DNA of 64,000 nt from Clostridia bacterium (GCA_045660545.1 JAZREA010000021.1:86503-150502), one strand, 5' to 3'. Positions 46,586-56,247 are shown, counted from the first letter of the stretch. Notes: generated from the letters alone by a model not told the origin. Numbers and translations are program-made.

Positions 46586-48271
46586 ATGTTATCATCACAA
46601 GAAGTTATGCAACTATTACAAAGTCTGATTTGGTTGTTGGCAGGTGTAGGTGTTTTTATTGTAGGAATGAACTTTATGGGCGACGCTTTGGAAAGAAGCG
46701 CCGGAACAGGTATGAAACGCTTGCTTGAAAGAATAAGCAATAATAGATTTTCGGGTGTTGGCATCGGTGCGGGTGTAACCGCAATTATCCAGAGTTCATC
46801 CGCAACCTCCGTAATGGTTATAGGTCTTGTTAATGCAGGAGTTATGACTCTTATGCAAGCAACGCCTATTATTATGGGTGCAAATATCGGAACAACAATC
46901 ACAGGTGTTCTTGTTGCCCTAAAAAATGACTGGTTCAATATGGCGATGTACGTTCTTGCTTTTGCAGGCGTGATGATGGGCTTTGCCAAAAAGGAAAAGG
47001 TTAAAATTGCCGGCAGCCTCTGCTGCGGTCTTGGCTTAATATTTGTTGGCCTTAATATTATGAGCAGTGAACAGGCTTTTGGAAACCCACTTGTTGAAAA
47101 TTTGTTTACCGAAATTTTCAAAAAGATTGATTTTCCTCTCCTTTTGATATTGGTGGGCGTTATCTTTACGGCGCTAATACAAAGTTCTTCTGCTTCCACA
47201 GGTGTTGTTATTACCATGGTTGGCTCAGGTGTTCTTCCGCTTGACCTGGCGTTATTTATTATTCTCGGGGCAAATATCGGCACATGTGTAACAGCTCTTC
47301 TTGCTTCTGTAGGTGCAAATGCCAACTCTAAAAGAGTTGCCCTCATACACTTTACATTTAACTCGATTGGCACGGCATTGTTTACTGTACTCATCTGGTT
47401 GTTTAGAGAGCCGGCGGTAAATTTATTGGTATCCGCCTTCCCCAAAGACGACCCGATGTCTCTGCAGATGAGAGTTTCCCTTTTCCACGTTATATTCAAC
47501 ACAACCACCACGTGCTTGTTGCTTCCGTTTACAAAACAGCTTGTTGACTATTCGTGCGCTATAATCAATGAAGATAAGGAACCCAAAAAAGAGTTAACTC
47601 TTAAATACGTTGACGAAAGACTCATTTCTACTCCCTCCATTGCGCTTATGCAGGTTAAAAAAGAAATTGATTATATGATTTCTCTGGCAGAGGAAAACAC
47701 ACGCTTAAGCTTTACGTCAATAGAAACGGGTTCTATGGATGGTAATGACCGAATTTCCGAAAACGAAAAAATTATTAACTTTACAAACAGTGCTTTAACC
47801 AGATTTTTGATTAAACTGTCTGCCGAAGTTGAGGGAAGCAACGAAGAAATTATCGGTTCATATTTCCACGTTTTAAACGACCTTGAACGTATCGGCGACC
47901 ATGCTGAGAATTTCAACGAAATTGCTATTGAAATGGCAAACAAAAACATTTCTTTCTCAGAACATGCCCTTGAGGGAATTACAAAAATGTGCAACACCGT
48001 TATGCAGATGTTTGCAATAGCATTAAATACATTTGAGACATTACATAAAGAAGAGCTAACCACCTTGACACGGTTGGAGAATAGTGTTGACGATATGAAA
48101 AAAGAATTCATTGCCGGCCACTTCGCAAGACTTGCAGAGGGTAATTGCAGTGTTGATGTAAGTCCTTATTATTCATCCGTTATAATCGGACTCGAAAGGA
48201 TTGCCGACCACCTTGTTAATGTAGGGTACAGTATTGTTGATCCTACAGGCTCTCAAAAAGATATAAATTAA
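46586..48271 (+). CDS. Na+/Pi cotransporter family protein with PhoU-like C-terminus
   Basis: Repeated QSSSA and GANIGT motifs, LNDLERIGDHAEN, LERIADHLVN. AAGGAG RBS. Confidence 0.92.
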   Translation: MLSSQEVMQLLQSLIWLLAGVGVFIVGMNFMGDALERSAGTGMKRLLERISNNRFSGVGIGAGVTAIIQSSSATSVMVIGLVNAGVMTLMQATPIIMGANIGTTITGVLVALKNDWFNMAMYVLAFAGVMMGFAKKEKVKIAGSLCCGLGLIFVGLNIMSSEQAFGNPLVENLFTEIFKKIDFPLLLILVGVIFTALIQSSSASTGVVITMVGSGVLPLDLALFIILGANIGTCVTALLASVGANANSKRVALIHFTFNSIGTALFTVLIWLFREPAVNLLVSAFPKDDPMSLQMRVSLFHVIFNTTTTCLLLPFTKQLVDYSCAIINEDKEPKKELTLKYVDERLISTPSIALMQVKKEIDYMISLAEENTRLSFTSIETGSMDGNDRISENEKIINFTNSALTRFLIKLSAEVEGSNEEIIGSYFHVLNDLERIGDHAENFNEIAIEMANKNISFSEHALEGITKMCNTVMQMFAIALNTFETLHKEELTTLTRLENSVDDMKKEFIAGHFARLAEGNCSVDVSPYYSSVIIGLERIADHLVNVGYSIVDPTGSQKDIN

Positions 48272-48304
48272 AATACACTCATATCCGTTTACAGCCATGA
48301 AATC

Positions 48305-48337
48305 AAAAACCTGCTACTTTCGTAGCAGGTTTTTTCT
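48305..48337. terminator. Bidirectional terminator between the Na/Pi and MFS genes
   Basis: AAAAACCTGCTAC-tttc-GTAGCAGGTTTTT. Confidence 0.85.
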
Positions 48338-49520
48338 ATATCTTCGCTTTTAATTTCGGTATTATAAGCGCCATCGCAATCGGGAACGCCGCCATAGTCA
48401 GCATCGCCATTTTAATTGCAAAGTCTCCGCCGCCCAAAAGGCCCGATATCCAGCCGACAAGGCTGGGCCCCGACGTGCACCCCACGTCCCCGGCAAGAGC
48501 TAAAAGGGCGAACATCGTCGTTCCTCCGTAGGATATTTTCCTCGCCGCAAGGCTGTAAACCCCTGGCCACATAATACCCACAGTAAATCCCGATACCGCA
48601 CACGCCAAAACAGACACCAAAGGGTACGGCGAAAGCGCGGCAACAAAATAGCACGCAGCGCACATAACGCTGCTTATGCCAATCGCTTTTGTAAGGTTAA
48701 GCCGCAGACTAAACCGACTGTACATAAGCCTCGACACACCCATAAGAACAGCAAAAGCGCAAGGCCCTAAAACATCTCCCAAAGTCTTTGTAACGCCAAG
48801 CCCCATCTCCGCAAAATACGACGCCCACTGAGCCATGGCAAGTTCAGACGCCCCCGCGCAAATCATTAAAACAGCCAAAAGCCAAAACATACTGTTTGTA
48901 AAAAGCGCCTTCATCGGCGAGCCGTCAGCGTCTCCTTTTAGAGTGCAAACAGGCACCTTTAAAAACAAAAGCGCGTTAAAAAGCGGTATCAAAGCCCAAA
49001 GGAAAGAAAGATAGTACCACTTTTCTACCCCAACCGCTACAAAATAGACTGTCGAAAGAGCCGTAACCGTCAGCTGCCCCCAGCAATAAAAGGAGTGTAA
49101 TATGTTCATCGTGCCTACCTTGTTAGAGGTAGGCATAGCCTCTACCATAGGGCTTACGAGCACCTCAATAAGCCCTCCGCCAACCGCATATATCACTATC
49201 GAAATAACCAAAACGGGATAAATGTTGCCGGGCGCAATAATCGGCGCAAGTCCTAAAAGACCAAGGCCCGCCGACACCGCAAAGTGCGCCATTACGATAA
49301 GAGACCTGTACCCAAACTTGTCTGTATATTTGGCCGCGGAAAAGTCCACCGCCATCTGTATTACAAAATTAATAGTTATCAAAAGCCCGATTTTTTCAAG
49401 CGATATGCCGTAATCTGTCCCAAACATAGCAAACAAAAGCGGCATAAAGTTGTTGGCTACCGCCTGAGTTACGTAGCCGACACAACAGGCATACAGGCTG
49501 TGTTTATGCGTAAACGTCAT
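48336..49520 (-). CDS. MFS transporter (12 TM, sugar-permease-like)
   Basis: AAKYTDKFGYR motif A, LHSFYCWG, ELAMAQW, ALAGDVGC. ATG at 49520 after GAGAGG. Confidence 0.85.
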   Translation of the reverse strand: MTFTHKHSLYACCVGYVTQAVANNFMPLLFAMFGTDYGISLEKIGLLITINFVIQMAVDFSAAKYTDKFGYRSLIVMAHFAVSAGLGLLGLAPIIAPGNIYPVLVISIVIYAVGGGLIEVLVSPMVEAMPTSNKVGTMNILHSFYCWGQLTVTALSTVYFVAVGVEKWYYLSFLWALIPLFNALLFLKVPVCTLKGDADGSPMKALFTNSMFWLLAVLMICAGASELAMAQWASYFAEMGLGVTKTLGDVLGPCAFAVLMGVSRLMYSRFSLRLNLTKAIGISSVMCAACYFVAALSPYPLVSVLACAVSGFTVGIMWPGVYSLAARKISYGGTTMFALLALAGDVGCTSGPSLVGWISGLLGGGDFAIKMAMLTMAAFPIAMALIIPKLKAKI

Positions 49521-49721
49521 GTCAATCCTCTCTTTTTTCACAATATAGAATATTTTAACACATTTTTACACATTTTTCAATTATCACAAAGGGAAGCTTT
49601 GTTTTTGCGTCGGTCTTTTATAAATATGTTGTAATGTCGCATTTAATTACATATATTGACGCAAAAGTGTTGACAAATATTCTTAAAATAATGTACAATA
49701 TGATAGAGGAGATATGTAATT

Positions 49722-50258
49722 ATGAGAGTTATATCAGGCATAGCAAGAGGCTGTTCTCTTACCTCTTTAGAGGGGCTTAGCACCCGACCGACAACAGACA
49801 GAGTTAAGGAAGCTATGTTTTCAATTATAAACTTCTATATTTCCCAAAGCAACGTGCTCGACCTGTTTTCAGGCAGCGGTGCTCTTGGTATCGAGGCGCT
49901 AAGCCGTGGCGCTAAAAGATGCGTCTTTGTCGAAAGTTCCGCGCAGGCGCTTGGCGTTGTTAATAAAAACCTTGAAAAAACCAAACTCAAAGATTTGGCA
50001 GTCGTTAAAAATACGGATTTTAAAAGCTTTTTATCCTCGTGTACGGAAGTGTTCGATATAATCTTGCTCGACCCGCCGTACAACAAAAAAATGTGCGACG
50101 AGGCTTTGAAGATAATATTTGACAAAGGCCTGCTTTCAGACGACGGGATTATCGTTTGCGAAACAGAGCACGGTGAAGAAATAGAAACAGAATTTTTCTT
50201 TAAAAAGAGCTATAAATACGGCAAAACACAACTTTCATTATTCAGTAAGGACGGTTAA
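49722..50258 (+). CDS. rsmD: 16S rRNA m2G966 methyltransferase
   Basis: [43 protein letters not shown]. Confidence 0.95.
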   Translation: MRVISGIARGCSLTSLEGLSTRPTTDRVKEAMFSIINFYISQSNVLDLFSGSGALGIEALSRGAKRCVFVESSAQALGVVNKNLEKTKLKDLAVVKNTDFKSFLSSCTEVFDIILLDPPYNKKMCDEALKIIFDKGLLSDDGIIVCETEHGEEIETEFFFKKSYKYGKTQLSLFSKDG

Positions 50259-50259
50259 T

Positions 50260-50739
50260 ATGGAAAAAATAGCAATATACCCCGGAAGTTTCGACCCATG
50301 TACGCGCGGTCATCTTGATATAATCGAAAGAAGCGCAAAAGTTTTCGACAAGATAATCGTTGCGGTACTTATAAATAGCGAAAAAACCCCTGCCTTTACC
50401 CTGGAGGAAAAGCTTATGTTTTTAAAGATGTCTACAAGCCATCTTAAAAACGTGGAGGTTTGTTCATTCAACGGCCTGCTTGCAGAGTTTGCGACCCAGG
50501 TTGGGGCCAAGGTTTTAATCAAGGGTCTTCGCGCTGTTTCAGACTTTGAGTACGAGTTTCAGATGTCTCTTACCAACCGCAAAATCAACCCCGAGCTTGA
50601 AACCCTGTTCATGACCACCGCGTCGGAAAATATGTACCTAAGCTCCAGTATCGTACGCGAAATCGCACGCCTCGGCGGAGATATCGACGGAATGGTGCCG
50701 GACGTTATTAAAGATTTTATTTACAAAAAATATCAATAA
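50260..50739 (+). CDS. coaD: Phosphopantetheine adenylyltransferase
   Basis: [36 protein letters not shown]. Confidence 0.97.
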   Translation: MEKIAIYPGSFDPCTRGHLDIIERSAKVFDKIIVAVLINSEKTPAFTLEEKLMFLKMSTSHLKNVEVCSFNGLLAEFATQVGAKVLIKGLRAVSDFEYEFQMSLTNRKINPELETLFMTTASENMYLSSSIVREIARLGGDIDGMVPDVIKDFIYKKYQ

Positions 50740-50752
50740 GGAGGACAAGACC

Positions 50753-51250
50753 ATGGAAGGTATGGAAATGTTAGACCAGTTGGAGGACATAATAGAAAGC
50801 AGTCACAACATGCCGTTTGTCGGCAAGGCGTTAATAGACAAGGACGAGCTTTTGGACCTTATACAAGAGCTGAGGCTTAAAATTCCGGATGACCTTAAAC
50901 AGGCAAAGTGGATAAAGGGCGAAAGACAAAGAATCCTGCTCGAAGCTCAAAAGGAAGCTACCGCCATCATCAAGTCCGCAGAAGACAAGATTATCTCTAT
51001 GATTAACGAAAATGAAATCACTAAAAAGGCTAACGAAGCTGCCGAGGAGATTATCAAAAACGCCAACACCAAGGCAAGAGAAATCCGAAACGCCACAAGG
51101 CAGTACGTAGACACTGCCCTTGCAGACTCGGAAAAGGTGCTTGAACGCACCCTTGCTACTTTGCACGACAACAGGCTTGCTATGCAGCAGAATCACGCCA
51201 AAAAACAGGTTCAGATCGACGACGTAATCGAGCAGGAACCTACCGAATAA
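50753..51250 (+). CDS. Conserved coiled-coil protein after coaD (ATP synthase b / V-ATPase H-like)
   Basis: LEDIIESS..MPFVGKALID, IPDDLKQAKWI, extended coiled coil. Usual clostridial rsmD-coaD context. Confidence 0.75.
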   Translation: MEGMEMLDQLEDIIESSHNMPFVGKALIDKDELLDLIQELRLKIPDDLKQAKWIKGERQRILLEAQKEATAIIKSAEDKIISMINENEITKKANEAAEEIIKNANTKAREIRNATRQYVDTALADSEKVLERTLATLHDNRLAMQQNHAKKQVQIDDVIEQEPTE

Positions 51251-51275
51251 TTCACCACAGGGGCAAAATAATTTT

Positions 51276-51908
51276 ATGAGAATCAGAAAAAAGAAAAACG
51301 CAGACAAGCGCCTTTTAAAGTGCGGAACACTTTGTGTTTCAAACCCGCAAGACTATAAGGGCAAATGGAAAAGTGTCTTTGCAAACGACAACCCCGTCCA
51401 CTTGGAAGTAGGCTGCGGCAAAGGTGCGTTTGTTGCCGGTATGGCAAAGGCTAATCCGGGCATCAACTTTATAGCCGTGGAGCTTTGCCTTGACGTAATG
51501 GTGCTTGCTGCCGAAAAGGCGCTGGAACAACAGCTACCAAACGTCAGGTACATAAACGGCGACGCCAGACTCTTAGAAGAATTTTTGGAAAAAGGCGAAT
51601 GCGACCGCATATACCTTAACTTCAGCGACCCGTGGCCCAAAAGCGGCCACAAAAAAAGACGCCTTACATACGCGTCCTTTTTAGATATTTATAAAAGAGT
51701 TTTAAAGAAAGACGGAGAAATCCACTTTAAAACCGACAACATGAAGCTGTTTGAGTTCTCGATTGAGTCTTTAAGCCAAAACGGCTGGAAAATCAAGAAC
51801 CTTTCCTTAGACCTTCATAACAGCGGCTTTTCGGGAAATGTTATGACAGAGTACGAGACCCGTTTTTCACAGATGGGCCAGCCAATCTACCGCTTAGAAG
51901 CGTACTGA
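51276..51908 (+). CDS. trmB: tRNA (guanine-N7)-methyltransferase
   Basis: LEVGCGKG, FIAVE, NFSDPWPK, RRLT, FKTDN, TEYE. Confidence 0.95.
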   Translation: MRIRKKKNADKRLLKCGTLCVSNPQDYKGKWKSVFANDNPVHLEVGCGKGAFVAGMAKANPGINFIAVELCLDVMVLAAEKALEQQLPNVRYINGDARLLEEFLEKGECDRIYLNFSDPWPKSGHKKRRLTYASFLDIYKRVLKKDGEIHFKTDNMKLFEFSIESLSQNGWKIKNLSLDLHNSGFSGNVMTEYETRFSQMGQPIYRLEAY

Positions 51909-52531
51909 TTGGAAAACAGCTCCAATATTTTAATCTTAAAGTTCACCTTACCTTTGGACGTGATTATATCATATTCGTCCTTAGTAAGCGTGGACTTTAA
52001 CTGTTCATAGCCCCTCTCGGTCAGCACCCCGTCCTCTGCCGCAAAGCAAAGCTGAGGGTATAAAACACACCACCAGTTTTGCCCCTCTCCCTCTCCGAGC
52101 AATATTCTAAGGGCGTTGTATCTGCCGCTTGGGAAGGTGGCGGACTCATACTCTCTTTGTGGAAACTCAAAGGTCCCGAACGTTGCCCTCGCCCCATAGG
52201 CGCATCCATATTTTTTTGCACTTTGGGTTGCGAATTCCTCAATATTTCTTAAGTTCTCTTTAATTATTTCGGCGGTCTGCAAGGCGCTTTTGCTTTCTCT
52301 TAGCATCGGCTCTATATATTTTGCAACATCGTCTCTGATTTTTATTTTAACCGCCTGGTCCTGCTCGCTGTCGCTGTTTGCGAGTATGTGGAACCGAACC
52401 ACGCTTTCGGAAATGTTTGCGGCAGCCTCCGTGTAATATGAACTTACATACGAGGTCATAACCACACCCAACAAAAGCGACCACAATATTTTCTTTGTTA
52501 TTTTAAGATTAATCAACCTTTCAAAAATCAT
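51887..52531 (-). CDS. spoIIR: Stage II sporulation protein R
   Basis: Signal peptide, VRFHILANSDSEQDQAVK, FPQREY, FPSGRYNALR, GEGEGQNWWCVLYPQLC. Confidence 0.93.
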   Translation of the reverse strand: MIFERLINLKITKKILWSLLLGVVMTSYVSSYYTEAAANISESVVRFHILANSDSEQDQAVKIKIRDDVAKYIEPMLRESKSALQTAEIIKENLRNIEEFATQSAKKYGCAYGARATFGTFEFPQREYESATFPSGRYNALRILLGEGEGQNWWCVLYPQLCFAAEDGVLTERGYEQLKSTLTKDEYDIITSKGKVNFKIKILELFSNQYASKR

Positions 52532-52550
52532 ATGTATCCCCCTTCGCCTT

Positions 52551-52580
52551 AATTATTGACACCATTTTTTTGCAATATAC
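52551..52580 (-). promoter_or_regulatory. Sigma-F-type promoter of spoIIR
   Basis: GTATA-N15-GTCAATAATT fits the B. subtilis sigma-F consensus GYATA-N15-GGnnAnAnT. spoIIR is a known sigma-F target. Confidence 0.6.
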
Positions 52581-52642
52581 CATTGTTTTTTTCTGCAAAA
52601 TAGTTTATAATATGAAACATCACAAACACAGGTGGTTTTATT

Positions 52643-53749
52643 ATGCCAAAAAAGATACTTATCATAAGCTCTGAATACACAGGCCGAGGACACAAAAGCA
52701 TTTCCGACGCGATGTGTGAACAATTTAATAAAATGCCCGACACCGAAGTCTCTGTTTTAGAGGGTTTTAGTATGACGGGCAAGGCGGGCATAAGAATCAG
52801 CAAGTTTTACGGCCCATTAACCCGCACTTCCAAAAAGGCGTGGGGCATCGGCTGGAACCTTGTCCAGCAAAATCCCGACCCTGTAACCAAGACGATAAAG
52901 ACTATTATAAGCAAATGCTTCGCTTCCGTAGTTCGTCGGGAAAAGCCTGACATAATCGTTTCGGTACACCCTATTTTTATCGGTTGTATTTTGGATGTTA
53001 TGGAAAAGAAAAATATCAACATCCCGTTTATCAGTATGTACGCCGACCTTGTTTCGATATCTAACCTCTGGACAGACCCAAGGGCAGATTACAGCATCTG
53101 CTATACCCAAGAAGCCATAGACCACTCGTTGTCCGTGGGCGTGCAGCCCGAGAGGATTAAAAAGTTCTCCTTCCCCATAAGAGAGCGCTTTACCTTTGGC
53201 GAGCCCGTTTCAGGAAGCCAGATGTTTAGGGCGTTTGGAACTCCTACCTTTTTAATTATGAGTGGCGGAGAAGGCTCGGGCAACATATCCAAGCTCGCAA
53301 GGCTTTTGCTTGACAACTTCAACTGCCGTGTCAAGGTGCTTGCAGGCAGGAACGAAGCCCTTCGCGAAAAGCTCGAGAAAAACGAAAAGCCAATCTATGG
53401 AGAAAGGCTTGATGTATATGGCTTTGTCGAGGCTATCGAGGAGGTTATGCTGTCCAGCGACCTCGCGTTTTTAAGAGGAAGTCCAAACACGCTGCTTGAA
53501 GCAGTCAACTGCTGCCTGCCCATGATTATAACAGACGCACTGCCCGGACAGGAGGCAGGAAACCCCGACTATTTTGTCAAAAACAACCTCGGCCGCTACG
53601 CCAAAAGCTTAAAAGATATACTAAAAACCGTAACAGAGCTTTTAGACGACGACGCCAAGGCTCTAAATGATATTAAACAAAGCCAAAAGGCGTTTAGAAA
53701 CCCAAACGCCGCAAAAGAGATAGCAGAATTTATACGCTCTTTAATTTAA
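52643..53749 (+). CDS. MGDG synthase / UgtP-like GT28 glycosyltransferase
   Basis: TGRGH, PDIIVSVHP, SGGEGSG, AGRNE, LPGQEAGNPDY. Confidence 0.87.
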   Translation: MPKKILIISSEYTGRGHKSISDAMCEQFNKMPDTEVSVLEGFSMTGKAGIRISKFYGPLTRTSKKAWGIGWNLVQQNPDPVTKTIKTIISKCFASVVRREKPDIIVSVHPIFIGCILDVMEKKNINIPFISMYADLVSISNLWTDPRADYSICYTQEAIDHSLSVGVQPERIKKFSFPIRERFTFGEPVSGSQMFRAFGTPTFLIMSGGEGSGNISKLARLLLDNFNCRVKVLAGRNEALREKLEKNEKPIYGERLDVYGFVEAIEEVMLSSDLAFLRGSPNTLLEAVNCCLPMIITDALPGQEAGNPDYFVKNNLGRYAKSLKDILKTVTELLDDDAKALNDIKQSQKAFRNPNAAKEIAEFIRSLI

Positions 53750-53854
53750 TATAAAACAAAAACGACTGCCCCAATCTGTACCAACAAAGTACAAATTGGG
53801 GCAGTCTTTAAATGGGGGGGGTTAGTAACTTTATAATCCGTCAGAAAAACTCAA

Positions 53855-54967
53855 TTAGTCTTCCCATGGGAACTTGTACTGTGTAAGACCAAGCTCATCA
53901 CGTACAGCTGTAATTTCCTTCTGTACAGACTCGTTAATAGGAACGCCCGATTCTCTTGAAAGACGAATGTCGTATTCCTTTTCGCCTGCTGTGTAGATGC
54001 GCTCAGCTCCCGGTGCCTTTTTAGAAGCACGCATGCTGCGGCTAATATCTCCTGCCTTCTTACGAGCGATATCTTCGCCTAAGAAGTGGTCAGTGTCGAT
54101 AGCAAGGAACCAGTGACCAAGCTGATAAGGACGGATGTTACCGTTTTCATCCTTACCGTCTAAGTCCTTACCGTAAGCACCGTCTTGCAAAATAGAAGAT
54201 AAAAATTCAACAACAAGCGCAAATCCGTATCCCTTGTATCCGCCAAGATCTTCACCGATTCCACCGAGTGTAGTAAGAGCAGCTGTGCCTCCACGAATCA
54301 TTTTAAGCGCTGCGCCTGCGTCGCCTTCAATCGCCTCACCGTCAAGGCCGATAACAGTACCCGGGTGAATTTCCTCGCCGATTCTTTCGTAATATTCAAC
54401 CTTACCATTTTGAGTAATAGATGTAGCGCAGTCGAAGTTAAAGTCAAACGCCTCGTCTGTCGGAACACCGATTGTAAACGGGTTGGTACCGAACATACCT
54501 TCAACACCGTGTGTAGGTGCAACAGAAGGACGTGCGTTAGTACCTGTCATACCGATACATCCTGCCTTTGTTGCCATAGATGTATAATAACCTGCGATAC
54601 CATAATGGCAAGAGTTTCTTACAGCAACCATACCCAAGCCGTACTCTTTCGCCTTCGCGATAGCCATGCTCATCGCCTTGTATCCGATAACCTGGCCCAT
54701 ACCATGGTGTCCGTCAACAACAGCAGTTGTAGGAGTTTCTTTTATAATTTCAAAGTTTGTTTCAGCCTTTTGAATTCCTGCTTTTATACGGTCAAGATAA
54801 ATAGGCTTAAAACGATTTACACCGTGAGATTCAATGCCTCTTTTGTCACTTTCCAAAAGAATGTCAGCGCAAATTACAGCATCCTCTCTCGGTATTCCGT
54901 ATCCGACAAAAGCGTCTATTACGAAATCTGTAATTGTTTTCCAATCAACAATATTTGTCTTTGCCAT
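53855..54967 (-). CDS. Ldh_2 family (type 2 malate/lactate/sulfolactate dehydrogenase-like) oxidoreductase
   Basis: RGIESHG, VDGHHGMG, VRNSCHYG, GTNP, FDCATS, YKGYGFA. ATG at 54967 after GGAGG. Confidence 0.9.
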   Translation of the reverse strand: MAKTNIVDWKTITDFVIDAFVGYGIPREDAVICADILLESDKRGIESHGVNRFKPIYLDRIKAGIQKAETNFEIIKETPTTAVVDGHHGMGQVIGYKAMSMAIAKAKEYGLGMVAVRNSCHYGIAGYYTSMATKAGCIGMTGTNARPSVAPTHGVEGMFGTNPFTIGVPTDEAFDFNFDCATSITQNGKVEYYERIGEEIHPGTVIGLDGEAIEGDAGAALKMIRGGTAALTTLGGIGEDLGGYKGYGFALVVEFLSSILQDGAYGKDLDGKDENGNIRPYQLGHWFLAIDTDHFLGEDIARKKAGDISRSMRASKKAPGAERIYTAGEKEYDIRLSRESGVPINESVQKEITAVRDELGLTQYKFPWED

Positions 54968-55111
54968 AAAAATTCCTCCCTTTTTCTTTACTTTTATAAT
55001 TAAGTATATTATAATAAAAAAAGCAGAATCGTGCAACTATATTTGCAATATTTCTCAAATTTAGATAAATTTTGTAAAAAATATGCTCAAATGAGCAAAA
55101 AGGAGCCAATT

Positions 55112-55861
55112 ATGCTTAAATCCGAAAGACAAAATCAAATATGCACCATACTAACGGAAAGACAGTTTATAACAGTAAAAGAGCTTAGCGAAAAGCTTTT
55201 TATCAGCGAATCGAGCGTGCGAAGAGACCTGGCGTCATTAGAACGCGACGGTTTTTTAAAGAGGAGCCACGGCGGAGCAAGCGTTATTAAGTCGCACGAG
55301 CTTGTCGTGCCTTTCGAGGTCCGCGCACACAAAAACATCACGGCGAAGCAGATTATCGCCAAAAAGGCCGTAAACCTTATAAACAACGGAAACGTAGTTT
55401 TTTTAGACCAGACTTCCACTTCCTTCTTTTTGGCGACGGAAATATTAAAATCTAAATCCGTAACCGTAGTAACCAACAACCGCGAAATACTCAACCTGCT
55501 TGCAGGAAGTGATTTAAACGTCATATTCACCGGCGGTGTGGTAAGCAAGTATAACAAAAACTGCCTCGTCGGCCAAAGCACGCAAAAATGCTTTGAGGAC
55601 ATTTACGCCGACATCGCATTTTTCTCTGTTAAGTCTCTATCGTCAGACGGTGTTATTACCGACTGCTCTCAGGAAGAGGTGTTTGTACGAAGGGCAATGC
55701 TCGACTCCGCTGACAAAAAGGTCTTCCTTTGCGATTCGTCCAAAATAGGCAGCCGCTCTTCTTATAAACAGTGCACCCTAAATGACGTCGACTATCTTAT
55801 TTCCGACAACGAGGCAATCACGAGTTACCACTCATTATTCCCCAGGCTTGAGATTATATAA
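55112..55861 (+). CDS. DeoR/GlpR family regulator, divergent from the Ldh_2 gene
   Basis: ISESSVRRDL, RSHGGA, FLDQTST, VTNN, TGG, CDSSKIG. ATG at 55112 after AAGGAG. Confidence 0.92.
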   Translation: MLKSERQNQICTILTERQFITVKELSEKLFISESSVRRDLASLERDGFLKRSHGGASVIKSHELVVPFEVRAHKNITAKQIIAKKAVNLINNGNVVFLDQTSTSFFLATEILKSKSVTVVTNNREILNLLAGSDLNVIFTGGVVSKYNKNCLVGQSTQKCFEDIYADIAFFSVKSLSSDGVITDCSQEEVFVRRAMLDSADKKVFLCDSSKIGSRSSYKQCTLNDVDYLISDNEAITSYHSLFPRLEII

Positions 55862-55863
55862 TT

Positions 55864-55895
55864 AAAACGACAAGGTTATAAGACCTTGTCGTTTT
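55864..55895. terminator. Bidirectional terminator between DeoR and the small ORF
   Basis: AAAACGACAAGGT-tataag-ACCTTGTCGTTTT. Confidence 0.82.
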
Positions 55896-56034
55896 CGTTT
55901 TTTAATAATTCCTCTTCCTTTTCTGCGAAACTAAGATAAATTTCTTCTGTTCTTTTTTGCGCATCACACAAAATTTCCACCGCCTCAGTAACAGAATTAA
56001 ACAGTTCAAAGTACATAGCTTTATAATCCGGCAT
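55876..56034 (-). CDS. Small 52-aa helical protein (below the ORF-track cutoff)
   Basis: AAGGAG, 7 nt, then ATG. Translation MPDYKAMYFELFNSVTEAVEILCDAQKRTEEIYLSFAEKEEELLKNENDKVL*. Confidence 0.75.
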   Translation of the reverse strand: MPDYKAMYFELFNSVTEAVEILCDAQKRTEEIYLSFAEKEEELLKNENDKVL

Positions 56035-56050
56035 AATGTTTCTCCTTTAT

Positions 56051-56203
56051 AAATAAAAAGTGCGCAGCTAAAAGCTACGCACGAAAAATGCATAGCCTCA
56101 ATGCTGCGACACATCTTTTACGCCATAAGGTGCAAAAATAGAGGATGCATTTTTACCAATATAAAATGCACCTACTATGGCTAAAATATTCAGATGTGTC
56201 GCA
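56051..56203 (-). ncRNA. Candidate ~150-nt structured leader/sRNA
   Basis: Promoter TTGCAA-17-TATACT (56237-56209), 12-bp outer stem 56192-56203/56105-56116, inner stems, and a terminator at 56051-56082. Confidence 0.62.
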
Positions 56204-56247
56204 AACACAGTATAACATACGCACAAATAAATTGCAATAAAAAAATA

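Noticed and set aside
51887-51908. 22-nt convergent overlap of trmB and spoIIR
   Set aside because: Short 3' overlaps are common in compact genomes, and nothing suggests regulation.
54365-55003. 212-aa antisense ORF opposite the Ldh_2 gene
   Set aside because: Shadow ORF with no recognisable features.
55902-56114. 70-aa track ORF (MCRSIEAM...)
   Set aside because: It has no RBS and starts inside the structured RNA. The overlapping frame starting at 56034 has a perfect RBS and a protein-like sequence.
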